From NCBI GenBank assembly GCA_964545575.1, contig CAZJFL010000001.1, forward strand, positions 221,812-285,811: DNA of 64,000 nt, given 5' to 3'. Shown here piece after piece: positions 15,001 to 27,000 of the stretch. The DNA comes from an uncultured Planctomycetales bacterium (lineage in GTDB: Bacteria; Omnitrophota; Gorgyraeia; Gygaellales; Profunditerraquicolaceae). The notes beneath the pieces are model-generated. The model had not been told where the DNA came from. It was given only the letters and a program-made list of their open reading frames with translations, and ran no database searches. The position numbers and the translations under genes were made by a program. Each line of letters starts with the position of its first letter. Positions within the stretch are counted from its first letter, which is position 1.

Positions 15001-18000
15001 TAATAATCGGCATCCCGTCTTCATTGACCAGCTTCCTTAAGAGGCCCAGGTAATGCGGCGGCGTCAGCGAAGACTCTAAGCTGACCTCATAGGCATAGAA
15101 CATATAGCGGATATCCCCGGCGTTATTGGGCATCGCCTTATAGGCCTCGACCATCTCATCGGCATTGATCTCAACAATAAAGACTGCGTCCTTGCCTGCG
15201 ACTAATTTACGGCCTTTAAACTTGGAGTTATTCACTGCCTGCACCAGGTACCTTAAGATGCGCTGCTCCGGAGCAACCTCGCCTTTACCCTTAGGCACGC
15301 TTAAGACAAATCCGCCGCGCGGGCCCTCGCCATAAACAATACAGTCTTTTTCCGCAGTGCTCTTTACGGCATCCTGGAATTTTTCCGCGATTTCAAACCA
15401 GACCGGGCCCTTATCAGGCTCTTTGGCCAATTCGCCGACGAACTGCACCCAGATATTCCAGGTGACCGTGCTTTCCGGGAAGGAATCCTTGATCTGCCGG
15501 CCGCCTTCTACAAATAACTTTGCCTGGGTAGCATCTAAAACTACCCTCTTGATACCGTCTGCCTGGGGGCTATCAAAGAGGGTCTGGCCGTGGTCCTGAG
15601 CCATAATCTCTCTTTTTACCTCTGGGGCATGCTTTGCCCAGTCGCTTACGGTCATTGCCCCGCCTTTATGCGTTCTCTCTTTGCAGCGTTGTCTTGCGCC
15701 GGGGTCAGCGGTCCACCAGTCTAATCCAGCTGCCCAGAAGTTACCGAAGAAATAGCGGAAAAATCTGGTCAGCCATAACGACTGCGGCACGACAAAAGGC
15801 AGGAAGGATAACTGCAGGTTCTGATAGCTTAAAACCGAAGGCAATAAAATTATCGACATCACCAGCGAGAAGATGGCAAATTTCCCGCTGGCTATTGGCC
15901 CGGCAGCTAAGAACTGGTCAGAGTCTCCTTTGGTGGCCACAAAATATGCCGGCGGCTTTATCTTAGAGAAGAACCCTCTCTCCTTGGGCTTGTAGGCGAC
16001 AATCCCCGGGAAGAGCCCTAAAGGAGCGAAGGTCAAAATCTCAGCATATAACAGCAGGTTGATAAAGAAGAATGTTATCTTATCAAAAGCTAACTTAAAG
16101 AATGACTGTTTCTTCTTATCTGCCTGCATCCTGGCGCGCACTGCCTCCAGGGTCTTTAAGAATAGCTGGTGATGCAGGAACCTCTGGATATCTGCAGCAA
16201 GCAGGCTAAAGAAGGTTTTTAAATCAAACATGAGATTTTTATACCAGGGACGGGTTTTTCTCTGCTGGCCGTAATCCTGTCTTTGCTTGGCAATTTTCTG
16301 GCGCAGGTCTTTCTGGCTATTCTCTAATGTCGCGATCAGGTTCTCTTTGCTGACTAAAGTCCTTTCCATGATCGCGGCTTTCAGGTGGCCGGCGCCTTCG
16401 TGCCAGCCGATAGTATGGAAGTATTGGGCCAGGGTAATCAAGAGCGTTTCCGGTGCGCCTATAAGATAAGCCCAAATAATATAGAAATAGGTAGGATAGA
16501 CTGATTCTGGCGCCATGGTAAAGAGGGCGGCGGTATTGATAAAATAGCCCGGCACCAAGAGATGATTGACTAAGACCATCAGGCGGTCAAGAAAACCGGC
16601 GGCCAAGCCCGGCGCAGCATTCCCGCTTAATTCCCGGGCAGCGCGTTGAGTAGCTCTTTTATCGGAGAACACCTTTACCGCTATGCGTAACGAATAGAAT
16701 ATGGCCAGGTTAAGTAAAAGCGGCCCGAATGCCCGCGGGCCAACCACAGCCAAGAGGGATAAATTTAAGATAGTAACACCTAAGCCTAAGGCAAACTCTG
16801 TCAGATAAGCAGGCTGCAGGAGTTTTTTCAATTCAACGCTCAGGCCCTGGCGCGGGTAGTGTTTTTCTAAGAAGACAAAAGTTTTATTGATCGCGGTATT
16901 AAGTAGCCGCCCGGCTAAAGGTAATCCTTTAACAAAAAGCTGCTTTAGAGCGATAAACCCGAGAATGACCAAGAAGATGGCCTTACCTTTAAAGGCCAGC
17001 GCTATGGCAAGCGGCAAAAGTGTAGGAAGCGGGATGACGTTGTGTATGGCTTTAAGTATAGAGCGAAGGTTTGATTTGATGCGGCCGGATAAGGGGCCTT
17101 GCGGCGGGCCTTGCGAGTAGCCGCGGGATTTAAAGAGGAGTTTATAGAGGCCGTAGAGAATAGCGAAGCCGCAGGCAGCTACGGATAAAATCGGCTGACC
17201 CACAAGATATCCGGCAATGGCCAGGGCTAAAGAAGTGAGTAAAACCGGCGAATTTAAGATGACATTGCCGGCTCCCGATACACCACCCTTTCCTTGCTGT
17301 TGCATTAAACTTTCTAATTCTTTCAGGTATGGCTGCAATACGTCTAGAAATCTATGAACATCAATACCTCTATTAACCTCAATTATATTGTGGTCTAAGA
17401 AAAGATGGATATCCATTCTCGTCATCTTGTATAGTATTTTATTATTCTTTTTATCGAAGAGACAAATAAACACAGAAGGCATGCTTTTATCACAGATAGG
17501 GCATGTGCTTAAGCCTCTATCCTGAATGAGATAGCATTCAGGATCTGCCATGATCACTAACGGGCATATTTCTAGTGATTTATTATTCCTTATAGCCAAA
17601 AGGTAAGCAGCAACTTTACGGACTAATATGTCGGCAGGAGGAGCGGGAGGGGCAGGAAGAGCCAAGCTTTCTCTAATCGCCCTTATCGCCAAAATAGTCT
17701 GTTCTGGCGCTAAGACTGTTTGTAAAAGATGCTTATATAATAAATCGGCTTCATATCCTGTGATAGCATCGGCCAATGAATATAAAGCGGCAGCGAGATC
17801 GCTTGCATCTATAGGAGGAAGACGCTGAATACAGTCTTTATAATTCTCCAGACTAATCTCTAAGTAGTTACCAGCGGGATCACGCCGAGAAGCCAAAATA
17901 TATATAATCTTACCACTTGAGAGGAGCACATTTTGTAATAAATGTTTCCTCTCTGCCAAGAATTCCTCGACTTTTCCCAGATCCCAGCTGGTGTACTCGG

Positions 18001-21000
18001 TAATAGAGGATTTAATCGCTTGGACTATCCCGGGGCGGAATTTTAAATAGGCTAACTCTGCGGCTTTTTTCTCTTCGTAGTAGTCTATATAAGGTAATTC
18101 TGCCTGTAAATTCTCTTCGTGCGTGCCGCCACTTAACTCATGGACCGAGTGTTTAACTTGACGGTATAAAGGTAACTCACTACCATCATTGGCGTTAGTA
18201 GAGACGATGTAATCTACATCGTCATTGGCAGCATAGTAGGTGAGTCCATCCTGCTCATCTAAGATAGGTTCTGGCCCGGCGCGTAGGTGTCCACCTTTAA
18301 TCAACGCTCTTAATTTTGCCTCTTTCTCAGTCTGTCCGGTGGCCCGGTAGTATGCCAAGAGCTCTTGAGCCAGGGGATCATTCTCATCGGTGATTTGTCG
18401 GATGCCGGGGAAGTCGAAGCCTTTTGCCTTCATCCTGGCAAATTTAGCCTTAACTTGCGCCTCGGTCCTTCCTTCTCTGGGCTTGGCTGGGTCTTTTATC
18501 GACGCCTTGCGCGGGCATTCTTTACCATTAGTATTTTTACCAGCCGCTGCGGCTGGGGCTTCCTCCGGATGCAGAATCTTGTCAATCCTGGCAATAATAG
18601 CGGTGATTTCTCTTCTCTCCTGCTCATCACAGAAACCTAATCTGCCGCTATGAGTTGACGCCGCCATACCAAAAAGAATAACCAGCCTGTTGTGTAACTG
18701 CGCCCTTAAATGAGACATTGCCGCAGAATCGCCCTGTTTAAGATGAATGACTGCCGCGATATCATCTCTACCTTCACTAAGAGTAGTAGGGATGGTAGAG
18801 CGCAGTTTACCCATAGCATTACTAACTGCTTTTTTATCATAGCCTGCCTTTTTAGTTTTTTCTTTTTTAACTGCAACTTCCGGCTGCGCCGCAGAAGGCA
18901 GAGGCTTGCGCGCTTGGGCTAAATCCGGAATAAGGAATTCGGGATTTAAAAATGCTTCTTCAAGGCTCACGCTTAAATCCGTTTGCTTATTCTGGCCATC
19001 GACCATTAAAACAGCCAATTCTAACAATTTGCCTTCTAATTTATTCTTCTCCTGGGGGGCATAAGCGCTAATATAGCTTTCATACTCGCTCCCGGAGATT
19101 CTCAGCAATGCCTGACAATCAAGGGTAACCACCGCCAGTATGTTTTTCATAATATTGGCGCGAAGCTCTAATGCCGCATGTAATAGTTTTCTTGCCCTTC
19201 CCTGTTCTAAACGGCTTTCAACATCTTCTCTGCTATTACTGCTATAATGCGCTATGGCGCTTAATACTCTCTCCCGGATATTTTTCCCTGTGGGAATAAA
19301 AACACTTGGCGCCTCGCTGACAGCAGAAACAGCCGCGACTTCCTTGGGGTCATGCTGCACTGTCCCTGCTGGAGCCTCGGCTACCGGTCCAGCCACGGAT
19401 GAATCCGGTTCCCCTTGAGACGCCATTAGTGTTGATTTCGCTCTTCTTCTTGCACGCGCCCTATCAGCCCTGGACTGGCGACGGCGCAGTACGCTTCGTT
19501 TAATTGACGCCACCGCCTCATCCTTTAGCATCGCATAGAAATCTCCTTTTTTACCTAAAGCGGCTACGAGCTCGGCGAGACCGGCGCAGAGATACAACGC
19601 CCCTATAATTTCTACGATAAAAAGTGGCGTAGGCCCGAGTGAAAACGCTGCCCATGGCCTGATTACAAGAATTATAAAGGCATATACAACCACATTCGCC
19701 ATAAAGCCGCCGAATAGCGTCAGCAGACGGCCTGCAGCATGTCCGCCGGACTCCAATTTCACTTCTCCGGTATAGAATACGCCTTTTAGTCTGGCCTGCA
19801 TTTTTTGGCCGGTTATTTTCGCCATAATCATGTGGCCTAATACATGGGTGAGGGTAATTAACGTAAACATAAGGATTACACGTATAAAGGCGTTTAGAAC
19901 CGGATGGCTTTTCTTAAGGAAGCTGGCTAAGTAAAGATGTACCGTTCTATTTTTATCGGCCGCTGCGGCGGGCAATGAAGCCCTAAAGGCCCCCACCAGC
20001 CACGGAGAGGTGACCTTCCGCAGCGACCGAGGTATTTCCACTTGATACAACTTAACAAGCGGTTTACTAAAGCAATTAAACTCTTTGCAGACGATAAGCC
20101 CAATTTCTCTTGCCGCGCAGTATGCCTCGAATGATTCGCACTCACTTTTATGTATCGGGGCATAACAACCGTCGAGGTCATCGCCATGCAAAATATAACC
20201 ATGATTTTTGAGGGCCCTGATAACCGCATCAAACAACTTTTCCTTATCTGTTGTTTCCGTGGATACGCCAAGCATAATAATCGCCTTGGCTGAGTGCGGC
20301 TTGATTATAGCTTCTTCCATAGTAGTTGGGCGGTAAGAGATGCGGCCGGTGATATCTATGCCGGCGCGCTCCTTTACGGCGACTGCCGCCTCATCCACAA
20401 GCTCGCGTAGCGTATGGTTCTGCGTCCTGAATCTATTGGCGGGGTCAGAGCGAGTGTCCGGCTGAACTACGGTCACCTTTGCCCCGCAGGCTGCCGGATA
20501 AACAGCCTCTCCATACTTTGTGCGAGGACCAATGTTGATTACGCTATCGCCCCGCTTCAGGTACATTTCATCAGCTGCTTCCACAACCATGCCGGCTCTT
20601 AAAAGTTCTTTTACCTTTAAGAGTTTGGCGCGGCGCACGCATTTGACGATTAAATATACAACTATGCCTACCATAACCGTTAGGCAGATTACTAAACGCG
20701 CTACCTGCCCAAACTCTGCCTGCAGATGACTGAAGTTGAAGGGACTTGCACTGGCGACACCGACACCAGCCGCCGATAAACCAAGGGCGCATTTACCGAT
20801 CCTGGCTTTCATAAGTGCTCCCTGTACGGTATATATCCCCCCCGCAGTCCTATCCAGCTGCTGCCTGCCGAAAGAATGCCAATCAATCCGCGATTCATCT
20901 ATCGGTGGCTTATTCTTAAGCAACAATAAAATATTTATTAGTAATCTTCCGGTGCGGCCGTTGCCGTCTGAAAACGGATGGATATTAATGAATTCCAGAA

Positions 21001-24000
21001 ATGCTGCCGCCACAAATTCATAAAGCTCATCGTCCTTGGCAAATTTTTTACCTCTGATTACATTTAAGTTGGCGATAAGTGACTCCAGCTCCTCTGAAAG
21101 CTTATAGCGCAACGCAAACGGGTTCCGCGCCATAAAAGGACGGTCTTCGTTGGCCCTGAACCTCCCCATCACCCAAGACGGATTATCATCTTCATGCTTA
21201 GGGACAACCCGATTCATCTGCTGAAGCGCCTGCGCAGTAAATCCATCCTTATCTATACGCGAAAGTATTTCTCGGATTTTACCTTCCTCTACTTGCATGT
21301 TTTCGGCCACTGCCTTTATATGCGCCTGCGCAGACGGCTGCCGCTTACGCCGTGCGTGTGCACTCTCCCGCCTTATGCGTAATCCTAAAACCGTGCCTAC
21401 TGTGGCCAGCGCGCCGAGGCCAAGAATCAATTCCTGCGTCGCGCTTAAATCTATGCCGCAATATAAAACCAGCGTCACCAACCCCAAGCCCAACAGCCCC
21501 CTGCCGCTGCCGGGCAGCCGGCTCCGGATTTCGGCTAGCACATCTTTTGCTTCAGACGCCTCGCCCTCGCCGCGGGAATTGCCGTTGTCGCGGGAGATGG
21601 GATAAGGCTTATTTCCGTTATCGTTAGACACATTATTCTTTATTAGGTCATGTAAATACCAAAATAAATTAAAAGCGGCATCCGCAAAGAAAAGATACGC
21701 CACCAGAGGCATACTTTTAATTAAAGTGGCTACGCCTAAGGCGGCTGGCAATAGAATTGTGGCTAATCTCATTAAAGTTATCGAAAGCGCTTTCTCTTCA
21801 GCGAAAATAAAAATTGGCAATGCTCCGGGCCCTTTGGGTGGCCTTCGATTATTAAGAAGCCATAGGATAATAGTAATAGCTATGCTTAAGCCTGATAGCG
21901 AACTCATAAATAAATAATTTTTATCCGTAATTCCTATAAGATAACGCGCTACAATAGGCGGCAAGGCTATTCCCGACAGAATAATTAATGGAATTATAAA
22001 GGCGTACTTATGCCTGCTTATAAAGTTCTTGAGCCTTGAGGCAAGAGAAGGCGTAAGCGCTGCCTTCTCCTGCTTAGTGAGCGAGATTTGGCTTTGCGAT
22101 GAGAAGATTTCTGGCTTTCTCTCGGATGAACTCGGCTGCCTCGTTGCTGACTTCAACCCAGTTGCCAGCGCTCGTCCTGCCGCAGACTTTGCCGTCGGGC
22201 AGAATGAAGAAGTCATACTCATAGGACCAGTGGTCGTATTTGGCAGACGCCCATAACCCGCCTTTAATAGGAGTGACTCTACAAACCTCAAGATTCTGGA
22301 AGTTACACATCGGACACCTCCTTTTGTTTGTCTTGCGGCTAATAATTCTCTATCACTCTTAAGCAGCGCCTGATGGTCGGCGAAACTGTGGATATAGAAT
22401 ACTGCCGTGGCTATCAGCGGCAGAAAAGCCGACGCTTTATCTATACTGCCCAATATGTAGGCTGCCGCAAGAGATACTATCGACATGATAAAACTCACCA
22501 GCGGCCCGGCGCGTAAAGATTTCCTTGCCAGTAAATGTCCGAATTCATGGATGCCCCAGCCAACCAGTGAAATAATCAAGGAGGCCACAACGGAAAATGC
22601 CAGCCAGACCTGCCAGAGAGCGGCATATTTATTTCCCGGGCCAAGGCAGATAAAGAGCGTGCCGATTACCGCCCCCGCCAGCCACCCGCCCAAGAGGTAT
22701 TTCCAGTTCAGCTGCGGCTTAAGCGCCTCGTCCTCGCCGCGGTAGGCGGTATATTTATCCGCTACAGCAGAAAGGTATTCTGCAACATGCGCACCTACCG
22801 GATACCGCCCGCTTACTTCTATGGGCCATTTTACGGTCAAAAGGAACGCACAATCTTTAGTAGGACTGTAATTGCGTACGGTATAATAATTCCCCTGCCC
22901 CTTAAAGATAATCAAATCTGCCTGCTGCCAAGCGCGGAAAAATTCCGGAGAAATACGCGCTAAATCAGTGCCTAAGGCAATAGTGCCGGTGCCAATAATT
23001 TTTAAGCCAGCAAAATCCCGGCCAAAAATTTTCCGGATGCCTTCATCTGCCAACAGCCCTGCCAAATCTTCTCTTGTCGCATCATTAGAAGCGGGAAGCG
23101 ATTTCCCTGCAAAAGTTACCTTATGGCCAAGATTAAGCAGCTCGTTTATCAACGCTAAATCAAAAACGTCTTCGCCTACGTTATCGACTACGTACACAAT
23201 ATTCATCTGCTCGCGGAGCAATCTTTCTTTTAATTTTTCCGTATCATTCTTTTTCCAAAAATCAGCCGCGGCAAAATCACTTTCTATAATTTTCTCTACT
23301 AAAGAGAAGCCATCGGAAAGGAGCGCTTCGCGTATACGCGGCTCTGATAAATCTAAAATATTTCCGATTACGCACAAACGTAATGCCGCTTCCAAACGAT
23401 CTGGCGCCTTATTAATCAAAGTTAGCGCCTTGCCTAAAAGTGAGAATGCGGCAGTACGGATACCTTGTTTATACTGCCAGTCGGGATCAGCGAATTCCAC
23501 GGCAATGCGTATAATCTCTAAATCTACCTCTAAGACTTCATAGCTGGTCCAATCTTTTATCCGCGGCATTGCTAAGAATGTTTTGATGGCAGAGGCAAAT
23601 TTCTCCCTTACCTTTTCGTCAGGAACCGCCCTTTCCAAAAGCCTAAGATCGGTTTCACGACGCCGGTTGATTAAGTTAGTGGCAGAATCGCTACCTGCGA
23701 GCATATCTCTTATAAATGTACTGCCGTAATGATATTCGCTTGTCGGATGAGCTATCGCATTTAGCACATAGAGCTTGCTGCGGTCAAAGTATCTAATGAC
23801 ATTTTCTACGAACTCTTCAGGGCTAATTTTTCCCGCTAAAAAGCTCCTTCTCAATAATAGCGCGCTATCTTCAAAATCTTCCCGCAACAGGGCATTAACA
23901 TCTACCGGTGTCAGTAATAAAATGGCTTTGGATACCACCCAGCGCAAAGGATCAAGGTTTAACGCTGCTATATCAATACCATATTGGGCGCAAATACTAG

Positions 24001-27000
24001 ACACCCTCCGCGAAAGCTGGGCGTGTTCAGAATTATCTATATTGATAGTCCTGCTAAAATTATCCAGAACTGCCATGCGATTTTCTCCATCCGGCAGGAA
24101 TTGCAAACATTCTCTGGCGATATCATCTTCGTGTTCTTCCAGTAAATAGAAATAAAGGTTGCGGATTCCTTCCTCCGTATCCCTGATCGCCTCGCCATTA
24201 TCATCGCTTAGGCCTTTAACGATGTGGCTGATGAGCTCATGATACAGGATTTCGATTTGTTTGGCTTCGGGAAGGCTAAAGAAATACGGATGGAAATATA
24301 CGGTCTTGGAGGCAATATTGCATACGGCGACGTGGACTTTGTCGCCTACAGTAAAGTAAGGTTCGAAGTTAGTGACAATCAGCTGCCAGTCAGATAACTC
24401 CGGCGGCGCGCGGCCAAAAAACTGCTCCAGCAATTCTAAGGCCTTCCTCATCATATCTTCATCCCGGCTTCCTAATCTGGAGCCTTTAAGCGATGGAACG
24501 CGGAAACCTTCTCCCCGCGCCGCATACCAGAGATTAGGACGGAAGTTACGCTGCCGTTCTAGAAAATCCCGGGGCACTTCTAGCGGATGGGCGTTGGGTT
24601 CATCGGCATCCTTTACTTCTTTATTAATGACTACCCCTGAATCTTTCGTTACTGTACCAACTACGCCCCCGACTTTTCTTGCCAAAACAACCTGACCACC
24701 CTGCGCTGCTAAATCCTCGGCAGCCTCTGTTATATTTCTTCTTGCCACTCTTAAGTCTTTTGCGTTCCTGGTATAGCGCATTACCTGGCCCTCTTCATCG
24801 ATGGACTGGCCTGTTTCATCTACCATATCTTCTAAATCATCAATGGCATTACGCAACGCCTCTTTATCATGTGCCACTGCCAACAGGTATTGCGCCAGGC
24901 TTAAGCCTTTAATCCTGGCGATAGATGCAGAAATCCAGGGAGCGCTCAAGCCCACAGACTGCCTGTCACCCTCTACTAACTCTAATCTGACGTAACCACA
25001 CTGATATTGGCGCAGCCTGGCGAAACTTGCGCTCAAGCTGGCAAGGGAATTTATGAATTCCTGCTTTTCTTTGTCCCCGTAAGTATCAAGATCCAAAGCC
25101 GCTAGACCGCAGGCAGCCAGATGTATTCTCTTTAACACAGCCTTTTCTGCGTCAGAAAGGCGCTCATAAATCCCAAAAAGCTGTCTTCTATATTCCATCT
25201 TGTAGCAGGAAGCATCATTAGCTGCTCCGCCCCGCGCTCTAAATTCACCTTCGCTATAGATAAGACAACGCTGCATATCCATATTTCCGTAATGCTGGGG
25301 TTTATTCTCATCATTATCCTCGAGCAGTTGCGCAGTGGCATTACTGACGCCTAATTTGCTCAGCCGCCTATTTAACTCATCCCTGTAGCGAGAAACCTGC
25401 ACCCTAGAAAGATTCCCCTGATAATACAGGGTGAGCCGGTCGATATCGCAACCTACCATCCATAAGCCCAGATTAAACGAGCAAAGCATCGAGCTTATCT
25501 CGCTGATCCTCGCCCCGGTCTCGCTTTCTAATTTCTGCATAAAATCTTTTAAGGCAGCTATGATCGCCTCTGTGCCTTCGGGAAATCCGTATTCGCTCTG
25601 CGCTACTACATCACCGTTATCTACCGACCCGCCGTTGTCGCGGGAGCCGTTGTTAGAATCACTATCCCGGCGTTCTAACGAAGCGATGTAATCTAGCTTT
25701 CTCTGTATCTTGCCTGCCAAAGATGGCTGGAGCCTTACTACTTCTACCCAGTCCGCCCTGGTCTCGCTAAATTTTCCTAAGATAGCATGGGCATTACCGC
25801 GATTATAAAGTGCCTCAATATCTTCAGGATCTATTTTAAGTGCTGAGCTAAACCAATTGACGGCTTCACTAAACTCGCGCGCTTGCGCATAGATAATCCC
25901 GGTATTCACATGGGCATCGAGATTCTGCTGGTCCAATGCAATCGTCTGGGAATAATCGGAAAGGGCTTCCTTGGTATAGCCATTATCTAAATAGCTTAGC
26001 CCCCGGTTAAAGTATACGTTTGGATTTTGTGGATCAAACCCTAAAGCCCGGTTAAAGCAATTTAAGGCATTCTTAAAATCTCCTGCCTTAGAATATCTGA
26101 CACCCATTTTATCTAACACAGTGCAAATTAGGCCATCTTTATCCATTAACCTGATACGCCGATGCATATCTGTGACTCTGCCTAAATTAGAAAGATACTG
26201 ACTGCCAGACTCAGCCTTAAACTCATCTTCTAAGACAAAAATATGGCTTACTTTATGATATGCTAAATCTACCAACGCCTTCATATTGTTAGCAAGATTA
26301 AGTAATATGGCTACATGCGAAACCCGCTTGCCCCATATGTTTACGGTAATACTGATGGGGATTACCGTTAAGCCGACCGCTTTTGCGATGACAAAGAAAA
26401 GCTGGGTGAACCCTACGCAATCAGCCTTCCTCTGCTCAACTATATCTTCAAGATCAAACGCGCTTGCTTCTTCCATATCGGATTCTATTGCGGGATTAAG
26501 GGTATCGAAAATCTTTGCTGCGACCTTCACTTCCGCGCGAACTTTCCTTTCTTCGTTGCCACTTTGCCTTACATCCTCAAGCAAACCTTTAAGCTCCAAA
26601 ATATCTATCCCTAAGCTATCTAAAAACTCTCCTATGCTCTCGGATACCCTCTGGGGATTATCTATGTAACTTAACTCCTCAAGCTGAGCACGAAGTAATT
26701 TTTGCGCTCTGACCCTTGCTGTATCATCTAAAGAGCCGCCGTTGTCCACCGAGCCGGCGCTATCGCGGGCAGAACATGCCAATAAGGCTGCTCCCACCAA
26801 TGCCGCATCTACCATTTCTTTTACTTTTGGAATCTCATCGGCTAATATCACAACAAAATCATAGCTTTTATCTGTAAGTTCTTTTTGCAGTGCGGGCAAG
26901 GCATACCGGCGCGCCGGCTTACTTAACAGCCACCCTCCCAAAATAAATATGCTTGTTCCTTTCACGTCCTGCCAGAACTGAGCTTCTAAGCGAGGCTCTT

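Noticed and set aside
20190-20215. THVLGHMIM as a protease or metal motif
   Set aside because: It lacks the Glu of HExxH, and a single short His-rich string in a TM region is not enough support.
24222-24239. HELISH as an additional HExxH metalloprotease motif
   Set aside because: Spacing is H-E-x-x-x-H (three residues between E and H), so it is not the zincin motif.
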